35,830 nucleotides of DNA, taken from NCBI GenBank assembly GCA_045587285.1, contig JAZNBZ010000146.1, positions 1 to 35,830 on the forward strand, read 5' to 3'. The position numbers were made by a program, and so were the translations under genes. Positions within the stretch are counted from its first letter, which is position 1. Each line of letters starts with the position of its first letter. Source of the DNA: Candidatus Flemingiibacterium sp. GTDB taxonomy: Bacteria > Bacillota > Clostridia > Oscillospirales > CAG-272. The notes below the pieces were generated by a model that saw nothing but the letters and a program-made list of their open reading frames with translations, was not told the DNA's origin and did no database searches. Shown here in pieces: positions 26,182-34,229 of this stretch.

Positions 26182-27108
26182 TTATTTTTCTATTACTTTG
26201 AACGTTCTGTATGAGGACTGTTTGTAATACGGAGTAAGATCAAGGTGAGCGTGTTCTGCTGCGAATCGCTTGGAGTCAAACGAGCTTCTTACACCGGTCG
26301 CCCACGTGACCTTGTAACGGTCGCTCTCTCCTCTGCCAGCATTACCCATAAACGCCTTGACAACGTTAGCCTGCTCATCAATGAGCGTTTCAAGCGCCTT
26401 TTTCTGTGCGATCAGATCCATGTACTCGGAAAGCGCTTTATCGTAAGCAAATAGGCTTACGGTTTCCTCGTTGGATTCCGAGTATATCTCGGAAATCGTT
26501 TCTGAGGTCGAAATCGTGCCGTCTACGGCTGGTGGCGTGTCGGTGCATACATTTTCCCAGAACTTGCGCTCCTCGTCCATCAGAGCGCTTATTTCAGCCT
26601 CGTCACGTTCAAGCTCGAACACCTTGAACTCTCGGCAGTTGATAAGTACAGCAAGGTAAGCCTTCTCAAACTCTCCGACCGCCATGTAGTGAACCACCTG
26701 GGCGTACCACTGTTCCGGGAACTCACCGCCCTTTACCTTTTTCATCACGGGGAGCGAGTTGGTGGTTTTTATTTCAAGCACCGAATTTTCTCCGACCACA
26801 ACGCGGTCAACATCACCAAATGCAAACGGGTATCTCGTGTTGACAAGCATTCGGTTCTTTCTGCGGACCTTCTTGTGCTTCTCTTTTTCAAAGAGCTTTG
26901 CGACAAAGTCCTCAAGGTACGTTCCAACGTCCGTTGTGAGGTTGCCCTCAAACTCGGGGATCTTGCCGGTCTTTTCTGCCCATAGCTCGTAGGCACTCTT
27001 GTAAGGATTAAATCCGAGAACCGCACCGGCATCGGAACCGCCAATACCGAGCTTACGCCGCAGCTCAAGCCATTCCTCTTTGTCCTTATATGCAATCTCG
27101 TTTACCAT
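26182..27108 (-). CDS. YqaJ-like exonuclease (likely start MVNEI)
   Basis: EWLELRRKLGIGGSD, D...LEIKT, YAQVVHYM. Confidence 0.92.
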   Translation of the reverse strand: MVNEIAYKDKEEWLELRRKLGIGGSDAGAVLGFNPYKSAYELWAEKTGKIPEFEGNLTTDVGTYLEDFVAKLFEKEKHKKVRRKNRMLVNTRYPFAFGDVDRVVVGENSVLEIKTTNSLPVMKKVKGGEFPEQWYAQVVHYMAVGEFEKAYLAVLINCREFKVFELERDEAEISALMDEERKFWENVCTDTPPAVDGTISTSETISEIYSESNEETVSLFAYDKALSEYMDLIAQKKALETLIDEQANVVKAFMGNAGRGESDRYKVTWATGVRSSFDSKRFAAEHAHLDLTPYYKQSSYRTFKVIEK

Positions 27109-27299
27109 TGCGGAAAATCCTCCGTTTTCATTCTGTAATTCTCGTTGAGACATTCCGTGCAAATAAACTCATCGTTGATGAAATAGTAATGCTCGTCCCT
27201 TATTTCCTCGCCGCAGATCGAGCATTTCGGATACACGCGATCACCTTCAGGAAGATCGGGCGGAGTACGATCTATCTCGGGAATATCAAATGCATTCAT
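27102..27299 (-). CDS. small zinc-finger protein
   Basis: CSICGEEI...ICTECL. Confidence 0.75.
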   Translation of the reverse strand: MNAFDIPEIDRTPPDLPEGDRVYPKCSICGEEIRDEHYYFINDEFICTECLNENYRMKTEDFPQW

Positions 27300-27301
27300 C
27301 C

Positions 27302-27436
27302 TTAAATCCTCACTTTCTTATGTAATACTGTAAATACCGATATATATTCAAGCGCATCGAGCATATCCTCGAACACGATTTTCTTACCGCGGTGAACGAC
27401 TATGCTCTTGCCGTTCTCAGTTTTGAGGTTGAACAT
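27302..27436 (-). CDS. hypothetical 44-aa protein (start MFNLK)
   Basis: AGGAGG RBS upstream of ATG 27436. Confidence 0.6.
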   Translation of the reverse strand: MFNLKTENGKSIVVHRGKKIVFEDMLDALEYISVFTVLHKKVRI

Positions 27437-27674
27437 ATAAAAAGCCTCCTTCCTTTTTCTTAAAGTATCTCGGATTATCGTTTTCGATCCCGAAATACGC
27501 CTTGTAATCCTCAACGTGGAGCTTCCCTTGGTGCGGAAAACGGTCATATCTGCGCTTGATATTGCGCATTACCTTTGCCGCCTCTCCGTACGAGGGAAGA
27601 TCCAAAAGCTCCTGAAGCTCCGGTATCGTGATGATATCCTTCGCCAGTATTTCCTCTCGTCTTGCGTAGGTCAT
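27417..27674 (-). CDS. excisionase-like winged-HTH protein
   Basis: ITIPELQELLDL..GEAAKVMR pattern; follows the Cro-like gene. Confidence 0.5.
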   Translation of the reverse strand: MTYARREEILAKDIITIPELQELLDLPSYGEAAKVMRNIKRRYDRFPHQGKLHVEDYKAYFGIENDNPRYFKKKEGGFLYVQPQN

Positions 27675-27874
27675 TATTCTACCTCCTTGATAAGCTCGTC
27701 AACAGTGCAGCCAAGCTCCTTCGCTATCCTTGCAAGCACCGCAACGCTCGGCTCCTTGAAACCGTTGATCATGTATGAGATCATTGCCGGGGTAACTCCT
27801 ACCTTTACTGCAAGAGCGTTGCCGGAGATCCCCTTCCGTTCCATAAGTGTCTGTATTTTCTTTCCGTTTACCAT
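27674..27874 (-). CDS. Cro-like XRE HTH regulator
   Basis: GISGNALAVKVGVTPAMISYMING...PS...IAKELGCTVDELI. Confidence 0.9.
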   Translation of the reverse strand: MVNGKKIQTLMERKGISGNALAVKVGVTPAMISYMINGFKEPSVAVLARIAKELGCTVDELIKEVE

Positions 27875-28101
27875 TTTTTCCTGTCTCCTTTTTCACTCTG
27901 TTCCATCCTTTCTCCCATAACACAATAATCGAACCCCATCATTTCTTTCGTTGTTCCTATCGAGTACCATCTATCGTGTAATTTGCAATAAAATCTTGTT
28001 CCCATGGTTATGTAATTACCACTGTCCAGAGGCACTTCGGCTTTTACCGGTCTTTCTTCAAGATATATGCACTCGTCACAATAAACCTTATGCTTTTCCA
28101 T
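27868..28101 (-). CDS. hypothetical Cys-containing protein
   Basis: 77 aa, AAGGA RBS, CDEC...C...C. Confidence 0.7.
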   Translation of the reverse strand: MEKHKVYCDECIYLEERPVKAEVPLDSGNYITMGTRFYCKLHDRWYSIGTTKEMMGFDYCVMGERMEQSEKGDRKKW

Positions 28102-28131
28102 TTTTTCCTTTCTCCTTATTTCATATAAGGC

Positions 28132-28160
28132 TTGACATTTCCGCCTTTTTATGTTATAAT
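28132..28160 (+). promoter_or_regulatory. perfect extended sigma-A promoter facing against the early operon
   Basis: TTGACA-17 bp-TATAAT with TGn. Confidence 0.85.
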
Positions 28161-28164
28161 GAAT

Positions 28165-28260
28165 GAGGCAAGAGGGGCGGCGGAAGTTTCCCCCCTCATG
28201 CTCTCATAGGATTGTCGCTCGGATTGGTTGGTCGCCGTTCTCCGAGCGGCTTTTTTATTT
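28165..28260 (+). ncRNA. putative ~95-nt structured small RNA
   Basis: promoter, then stem gaggca-a-gagggg/cccctc-a-tgc-t-ctc, then terminator stem gtcgctcgga/tccgagcggc plus T run; no RBS or ORF after the predicted start. Confidence 0.7.
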
Positions 28261-28268
28261 GCTTGTTA

Positions 28269-28415
28269 TCAATCTACAAACGCTCCTTTCTCGCTATCGA
28301 ACAAACCGAAGTATTCTCCGTTCAGCTCAATGCGGTATTTTGTGCCGAGGCGAGCCGTTACGCTCACTCTGCCCTTACATCCAAGTTTGATCATTGCGTT
28401 CTTAATTGCATCCAT
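28269..28415 (-). CDS. 48-aa first early gene (not in the ORF track)
   Basis: AAGGAG RBS; MDAIKNAMIKLGCKGRVSVTARLGTKYRIELNGEYFGLFDSEKGAFVD. Confidence 0.75.
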   Translation of the reverse strand: MDAIKNAMIKLGCKGRVSVTARLGTKYRIELNGEYFGLFDSEKGAFVD

Positions 28416-28434
28416 TGTTTAATTCTCCTTCGTC

Positions 28435-28463
28435 TTGACATTTTTCGTTTTTTGTGTTATCAT
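28435..28463 (+). promoter_or_regulatory. lysogenic (repressor) promoter
   Basis: TTGACA-17 bp-TATCAT with TGn. Confidence 0.75.
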
Positions 28464-28489
28464 TGACTTGGTTAACGCCTTGTGAGTAT

Positions 28490-28518
28490 ATTATATCTCA
28501 CTTTATCTCACTTGTCAA
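28490..28518 (-). promoter_or_regulatory. early lytic promoter with operator repeats
   Basis: TTGACA-agtgagataaagtgaga-TATAAT; GTGAGAT twice here and twice inverted at 28569..28585. Confidence 0.85.
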
Positions 28519-28604
28519 GTTAAAATCACACTTTTCTTTACTTTTGTAGACTTGCACAAATTCATAAAGTGAGATTTGGTGAGATTGTGCGAAAAGGAGA
28601 AAAA

Positions 28605-29063
28605 ATGTTTTGGAAAAATTTTATAAAGTTATGCGCTGAAAAAGGCGTTTCCCCTAATGCTGTTGCGAGAGAACTATCAATTTCTTCAGGAGCTGTTACA
28701 AAGTGGAAAAATGGTGCCACGCCTCAAAATGCAAAATTAAGGTTAATCGCCGACTATTTCGGTGTAACAGTCGAATATTTCTTTATTGATCATAAGGAAA
28801 CTAAACCGACCACACCTATATTTATCTCATATCAGCACGATAACGAAGATGCGAGAAAGTTACTTGCGAATATGCAAGGACACGGAGCATTTGACATTCC
28901 TGAGCAAAAAGAAAAGCCCACCGATTACGGTGAGCTTAAAGAAAATGTAGTAATTTATCATCGAGACGGTAAGACCGTGAAAAAGACATTTACCAAAGAG
29001 CAAATGGCGATACTACGTGCAATGCTTGATGCGGCGCCCGATGATGACGAGGACGATATTTAA
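28605..29063 (+). CDS. CI-like XRE repressor (start MFWKN)
   Basis: GVSPNAVARELSISSGAVTKWKNG...IADYFGVTVEY HTH; AAGGAG RBS; divergent from the Cro-like gene. Confidence 0.9.
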   Translation: MFWKNFIKLCAEKGVSPNAVARELSISSGAVTKWKNGATPQNAKLRLIADYFGVTVEYFFIDHKETKPTTPIFISYQHDNEDARKLLANMQGHGAFDIPEQKEKPTDYGELKENVVIYHRDGKTVKKTFTKEQMAILRAMLDAAPDDDEDDI

Positions 29064-29644
29064 TCATCCGTTTTATTCTTCTCTATGTACTTTCGGAAGT
29101 TGCGGTGAACTTGCCGTTCCAAGGGCGAGAGCAAAAAGCAGCCACGGCCGGTAGTTCTGCGCATCTCTCGATCACGTTCTCGGATCTCACATAAGCGCTC
29201 ATAGCGGATCCGTGCGGCAATCATGCTGATCTGGCACAGCTCGGAGATTTCTTCCGGGGATCCAACGCCGAGAAAATGAAGCACGCAAAGCGGAGCCAAA
29301 AGCCTTGAAGCGAATATATCGGCTTCTCTCTCGTTAGCTTCGGTGTTTGCACTACCGTCTGAATCGTGCATCAGAATGTGACCGATCTCGTGAGCGATTG
29401 AAAACCTTTGTCTGCTTGGCGGCTTGGTATCATCATAAAAAATAAAGCGCTCAAAGCTGAACGCGTCATTACCGATGATGTTATTTTCAAGTCCTAAGCG
29501 CCGAATGAGCTTCGCCCCCTTCCTGTACGACCAAAGGCTTATTTTTTCGCCCTTGCAAATTTTTTTGACCTTGACGGGCAGAACCGAGATATTATTTTTT
29601 ATTAGTGTCTGCCACGCCATGTCACGTGAATACTTGTAATTCAT
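29060..29644 (-). CDS. ImmA/IrrE-family Zn metallopeptidase (likely start MNYKY)
   Basis: RQRFSIAHEIGH...EREADIFASRLLAP; GGAGGTGA RBS. Confidence 0.9.
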   Translation of the reverse strand: MNYKYSRDMAWQTLIKNNISVLPVKVKKICKGEKISLWSYRKGAKLIRRLGLENNIIGNDAFSFERFIFYDDTKPPSRQRFSIAHEIGHILMHDSDGSANTEANEREADIFASRLLAPLCVLHFLGVGSPEEISELCQISMIAARIRYERLCEIRERDREMRRTTGRGCFLLSPLERQVHRNFRKYIEKNKTDD

Positions 29645-29732
29645 TCGAATCACCTCCACTTACTATTGTAAAGGACGTGTCGAATTTTGTATACAAGTAA
29701 ATTATGGAAATTGATTTTAAGGAAGTTGCATT

Positions 29733-30794
29733 GTGATGGAGTTATATATCGGCTTGTTAGTGGTAATAGCAATTGTGTGTCTTATAGCTCATTTCTTCCA
29801 ACAGGCAAAGAAAAAGGGGTGGTTTGATGATTCTGATGATGACGATGATAATTTATCCAACCAACGCTATGAAACACCACCTAAAACAAAAAAATCAAGG
29901 GAACAGAGTTTTAATGTAAATTCTTATTTATGTGATCCATATGAAAAATATCCAGATTTACGAACAGTACATCCAGATATTATGAACCTTTTGTATGTGG
30001 TAAACAACTATCCTCACAGCCATCTTGTAAACAGCGAGCCAAGCACTATATATACAATGTTGCCAATTTCCAAAAACATTACCTCGGAGCCAACAAGACC
30101 GCTAAGCTATTACCCGACATACTTGAGAATGGATGAAACTCATAAGGCAATTTATTTCAATTTTCTTTCTGATCCGTATGTTAGTGGCTATGATATCGGA
30201 TATGTATTCTGTCTCTATTATGGCTTGGAACGGCAGATGCTCAAGGGCGATCTCGACTCGGCATTTGAAGTTATACTCAAATTAAAGCTCATATACGATA
30301 ACAAATCTTTTCAAAAGTATTCAAACATCGCAGTTATTCTGACATTGATGCGAAAAAGGAGATATGACCTTTTGGAAAGATTTATTGATTTTATTCGCGA
30401 ATATAATATGCTGATACTTCCCGTAGACATCTTCCTTTTTGCGCTTGTTGCGATCGACGGTGTTTTCACCGCCGAGGATCTTGTTGAATTCAAAAACGAT
30501 TTCGACTACAAATCAACAACATACACTAAGGATAAAAAATTTTACTTCATTGATGAATTGAAAGAAACCATGCTTTATATTTTCGGAACTGATAGCATAA
30601 AAGTATCCGACCTAATGAATTATCGAGAAGAGCTTAAAACAACGAGTTATAATGTATATGCCAATAGATCACTTTGTGAAATCACAGCAGAAATCCCCGA
30701 ATTCAGTAAATTCGAGGTCTTTAAAAACAGTTGCTATGATGCTTTGATGGATGCTCACGAAAATTTAAAAGCAAAGAGAATTTCAAAATTATGA
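29733..30794 (+). CDS. membrane-anchored TerB-N-like protein
   Basis: N-terminal TM helix; YYPTY...IYFNFL...DIGYVFCLYYGLER motif; AT-rich. Confidence 0.7.
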   Translation: MMELYIGLLVVIAIVCLIAHFFQQAKKKGWFDDSDDDDDNLSNQRYETPPKTKKSREQSFNVNSYLCDPYEKYPDLRTVHPDIMNLLYVVNNYPHSHLVNSEPSTIYTMLPISKNITSEPTRPLSYYPTYLRMDETHKAIYFNFLSDPYVSGYDIGYVFCLYYGLERQMLKGDLDSAFEVILKLKLIYDNKSFQKYSNIAVILTLMRKRRYDLLERFIDFIREYNMLILPVDIFLFALVAIDGVFTAEDLVEFKNDFDYKSTTYTKDKKFYFIDELKETMLYIFGTDSIKVSDLMNYREELKTTSYNVYANRSLCEITAEIPEFSKFEVFKNSCYDALMDAHENLKAKRISKL

Positions 30795-31960
30795 TCGAAT
30801 TTTACATTTCAAGCACGAAATATTCGTTACAAGAGCGGCAGACGAAACGCGGTAAGGTCTATGACGTAGCGTTCCGTGTTGTAACGCTTAACGGGGATGA
30901 AAAACAAAAGAAGCTCTGCGGCTTCTTCACCAAGACCGCCGCAAAACAGGCGTACACCGACTTTGTAACCGAGAAATGCGAGCTTGTCAAAAATAATCCG
31001 CTAAAAAAGAAAAAAGGCGCTGCCGCGCCCAAAAAAGCCGAGTATACCGTGAGAGAGCTTTTCGCCGAGTATATTACCACTCTCGGCAATCAGAACAAAG
31101 AGTCCTCGATATACGATAAGCAAAACGTGTTCCGTCTGTTTATCTTCCCTACCCTCGGTGATCTTAAGATGCCAGATTTAACGCGCGAACTGCTTTACCA
31201 ATGGCAAGACGAGTTGTGGGCGATGAAAAATCCCAGGACGAACGAATACTACTCTTATGAGTATCTGAAAAAAACGAGAGCACATCTTTCCTCATTCCTC
31301 GAATGGTGCGAGAGCCGATACGGATACAAAAATAATCTCGTTATGGTGGCGAAGCCGCGCCGCAAGGTCCCGAAAAAGAAAATGCTATACTGGGAACGCG
31401 AGGAGTTCGATCAGTTTATCGCCGTGGTTGACGATCCTATGTATCACTCGTTGTTTACGATGTTGTTTTTCACCGGGCAAAGAGTTGGAGAGCTGTTCGC
31501 CCTCAATAATGATGATATTCACAAAGGAATGATGACCGTCAATAAATCCGTAATGCGCAAGACCATTGACGGAACGTCATATAAGATAGTTCCCACAAAA
31601 GCATACAAGGACCGCACAATACCGATTTGCGAAGTAGCACAAGCAGAGATAACCTTATATCGCAAATGGCTCTTAGAAAGCGATTCTAACACCTTGTCGA
31701 AGCAATTCCTTTTCGGAGGTGATACACCTCTCTCGGAGAACACCGTCCGCAGAGCCTTTAACCGATACATCGAAGCTGCGCACGTGAAGCGCATCCGCAT
31801 TCACGATCTGCGACACTCTTTCGCCTCGATGATAATACATCTCGGCGCAAATCTGATGGTGGTTGCCGACCTTATCGGTGACTCAGTTGAACAGGTTGCA
31901 AAGACCTACGGACACCTATACGAAAGTGACAAATTAGACATAGTTTCAAAGGTGAAATAA
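30791..31960 (+). CDS. int: tyrosine integrase
   Basis: arm-binding GFFTKTAAK; catalytic R (TGQRVGE), K, HDLRHS and Y (KTYGH). Confidence 0.95.
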   Translation: MIEFYISSTKYSLQERQTKRGKVYDVAFRVVTLNGDEKQKKLCGFFTKTAAKQAYTDFVTEKCELVKNNPLKKKKGAAAPKKAEYTVRELFAEYITTLGNQNKESSIYDKQNVFRLFIFPTLGDLKMPDLTRELLYQWQDELWAMKNPRTNEYYSYEYLKKTRAHLSSFLEWCESRYGYKNNLVMVAKPRRKVPKKKMLYWEREEFDQFIAVVDDPMYHSLFTMLFFTGQRVGELFALNNDDIHKGMMTVNKSVMRKTIDGTSYKIVPTKAYKDRTIPICEVAQAEITLYRKWLLESDSNTLSKQFLFGGDTPLSENTVRRAFNRYIEAAHVKRIRIHDLRHSFASMIIHLGANLMVVADLIGDSVEQVAKTYGHLYESDKLDIVSKVK

Positions 31961-31999
31961 AACCTCATTTGTTGCATAAATGTTTTAATGCGCAAAAAC

Positions 32000-32048
32000 A
32001 CACAATATATAGTGCTTTTCACCACATCGTTATCACGAGATATAGTGT
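32000..32048. promoter_or_regulatory. tandem NrdR-box-like palindromes
   Basis: acacaatatatagtgc (32000..32015) and tcacgagatatagtgt (32033..32048) versus consensus acaCwAtATaTwGtg. Confidence 0.6.
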
Positions 32049-32076
32049 GTATAGGTATCTCTCATTCTCCGCCAAT

Positions 32077-32132
32077 ATCAAAAAACACCCAATTTTTGTG
32101 TAAAATGCACATAATTTCGGGTGTTTTTTGAT
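32077..32132 (+). terminator. hairpin following the att core (replacement tRNA terminator)
   Basis: 14-bp perfect inverted repeat atcaaaaaacaccc / gggtgttttttgat. Confidence 0.75.
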
Positions 32133-32206
32133 TTATTTCGCTGATATTTTTCCTCTATTTTGTTACAGTTTGCTCTCGTTTGTTGCATAAATTGTGACAT
32201 AAAACT

Positions 32207-32235
32207 AAAAAAGCGGCTCATAACGAGCCGCTTTT
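32207..32235. terminator. terminator at the end of the late operon
   Basis: aaaagcggctc-ataac-gagccgctttt. Confidence 0.8.
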
Positions 32236-33111
32236 GTTATGTTCAAGAAAGCTTTCAATAAATAGTATTCTGGTCTTGATTTTATCCTCTCTGTGCCGTA
32301 TAGCCTGCTGACCGGCGCCGTATCCGACCACAGCAGCGACGATAATGCAGAGCGAATCGATAACCATATCGTATATTACCGAATATCCTGATAAACCGAC
32401 AAATGCAGCACTTACTCCGTTGAGCATTATCGACATTAAGATCATCATAAACGGGCGTTTTGCGAGCCACGTGAGAATAAAGCTCGGTTCGTCACGTCCA
32501 GCATCATTGTATGTTGCTTTTGCCACACCCGAGAGGATAAGCACAGAGTTTATAGGCTTAACAGAAATCTTGCCGTTAGCGTGTTTTATTGCCTTGTATT
32601 CATTTTTGGTGAGTTCACCTGATTCATAGAGCTTTTTGAGTTCTTCATCGCTCAAAGCGACGTATTTCTCCTCATATTCTTCAAGGCTGAGCGCTGTATC
32701 GTTCAGGATATATGCGTTCCGCTTATCAATGCGCTCCTCCTCTCTTTGTGCTACACAATACTTGCGAAATGTTGCAAGCAGACCGTCAAGACGAATTTTG
32801 CCGGACAACTCAGTCCAGAGTTTACAGTTCGTAGCATATGACGGACTTGAAAGCTTTTCGTTTTCCTCTCCGAGCGGTATAAATACAATATAACAAAAAA
32901 TTGTAGTAACACAGCTCGTCAGTGTATCGATCCAGAAAACCGGCGTAAACGGATTTACTATTTTCGTTTCATAAAGCCGTATGACGATTCGGAACGCTAT
33001 GCTAAGCGCGAGAATTATGTACGGCAAATACGCCTTGATAGTGCGCTTAATTGCTCCACCTACCTTATCTTTACCGCTGTTTATTTCGGCAAATACGTTT
33101 GAATTATCCAT
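32218..33111 (-). CDS. 297-aa membrane protein (2 TM, soluble loop, 2 TM)
   Basis: four hydrophobic segments; last late gene. Confidence 0.8.
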   Translation of the reverse strand: MDNSNVFAEINSGKDKVGGAIKRTIKAYLPYIILALSIAFRIVIRLYETKIVNPFTPVFWIDTLTSCVTTIFCYIVFIPLGEENEKLSSPSYATNCKLWTELSGKIRLDGLLATFRKYCVAQREEERIDKRNAYILNDTALSLEEYEEKYVALSDEELKKLYESGELTKNEYKAIKHANGKISVKPINSVLILSGVAKATYNDAGRDEPSFILTWLAKRPFMMILMSIMLNGVSAAFVGLSGYSVIYDMVIDSLCIIVAAVVGYGAGQQAIRHREDKIKTRILFIESFLEHNKSGSL

Positions 33112-33121
33112 TTATTTTACT

Positions 33122-33529
33122 TCATTCCTTTTCTTTTGCTTCCGTTTCACTCGCAAGCATTATTTCGGAGATAAGGTATAATAACCTACCTATAATGATA
33201 AAAATTATCAGATATCCCCAATATGAGGAAAACTCTGTGATAAATCGCGTTACCTTCTTTATTCCGATATTACCGATGATCCAGAACACTACGGGAAATA
33301 TAGATAACAATGCCCCACGGAGTAAACCGTGAGGCATTTCTTTTATCTTGTCTTTTATCTTACCGCTGATGATAAGTGCAATTATCACCAATGCGATAAT
33401 TCCCATAGCGGTCAGTCCTTTTGAAACGGAGTTACGTGTGTAAGGTATGACCGTTCCGAAAAGCACGATCGGGCAAATGTACTGAACAATAAAAGCAACG
33501 GCGGCGAAGATGTTTCCTAAGATCTTCAT
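33122..33529 (-). CDS. 135-aa 4-TM membrane protein, holin-like
   Basis: four hydrophobic helices, charged C-terminus, GGAGG RBS. Confidence 0.6.
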   Translation of the reverse strand: MKILGNIFAAVAFIVQYICPIVLFGTVIPYTRNSVSKGLTAMGIIALVIIALIISGKIKDKIKEMPHGLLRGALLSIFPVVFWIIGNIGIKKVTRFITEFSSYWGYLIIFIIIGRLLYLISEIMLASETEAKEKE

Positions 33530-33542
33530 TCGACTGCCTCCT

Positions 33543-34229
33543 TTACCCGAGTATCATTTCGGGCATTTCGTTTTTGCTTTCCGCAAGAATAGTATCGAGC
33601 GCCGGCGTAGGATCCTTGACCTCGCTCGCTTCTGCTTTGCGGATGGTTTCGACCGAAGCGCTTACAGTGCTTTCAACGTTATCGGAGCTTTCCTTTAAGC
33701 CGGTAAGATACTGCATTATTTCGTTCTTGGCGTTCTGATTGATATTTACACTCATAATAAACAGTGTAAACGCAGTAATGAAATTCTGCTCCTTCTGTTT
33801 TGCCTTTTCCGCTTCGGCCGCGCTAAGATCAAGGCGCTCAGTAAGTTCGTTGATTATTCCATATATTTCTTCATTACCGTCATTGATCGTTTTCTTAATT
33901 GTTGCGGCATCCGCCTTGCTTGAAATCAGTTTTGCGATATTGCCAAAATACTTGTACATAATAGCGATAATACCGACTATTGCTCCAAGTACGGTCACAA
34001 AGGTTGCCCAGAAGGTAGACTCGGTAAGCTTCTTAATAAATCCATCGAGTTTGCTCTGTTCTTTATCCTCTGCCGGTGCTTCAGGTACAGGTGTTTCTGC
34101 TCCCTCTTCGGGAACGGAATCGGTAACAACGTCCTCACCTTCAGCAAAAACGCAAACGCCAAGCGTGAGGATCAGAAGCGCACAAAGTGCAAAAATAAAT
34201 ATTCTTTTCATAGGTCTACTCCTTTTCAT
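33543..34229 (-). CDS. membrane protein with signal peptide, acidic linker, TM helix and coiled coil
   Basis: MKRIFIFALCALLILTLGVCVFA-E signal; TFWATFVTVLGAIVGIIAIMY TM. Confidence 0.75.
   Translation of the reverse strand: MKRSRPMKRIFIFALCALLILTLGVCVFAEGEDVVTDSVPEEGAETPVPEAPAEDKEQSKLDGFIKKLTESTFWATFVTVLGAIVGIIAIMYKYFGNIAKLISSKADAATIKKTINDGNEEIYGIINELTERLDLSAAEAEKAKQKEQNFITAFTLFIMSVNINQNAKNEIMQYLTGLKESSDNVESTVSASVETIRKAEASEVKDPTPALDTILAESKNEMPEMILG

Larger units (their letters stand above)
31964..32203. mobile_element. attP region
   Basis: core atctctcattctccgcca (32057..32074) is T-arm 3' strand, acceptor strand, discriminator G and CCA of a tRNA-Ser; arm-type repeats tttgttgcataaat at 31968 and 32179, variant ttgtgacataaa at 32192. 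Confidence 0.85.

Noticed and set aside
943-27920. Many other plus-strand and alternate-frame ORFs in the track
   Set aside because: They overlap well-supported minus-strand genes and lack RBSs; treated as shadow ORFs
29678-29684. TGTCGAA Spo0A-box match upstream of the ImmA-like gene
   Set aside because: A single 7-mer is expected by chance in 36 kb; not supportable alone
32057-32074. Phage-encoded tRNA
   Set aside because: Only the 3' 18 nt are present; the upstream sequence cannot form the cloverleaf
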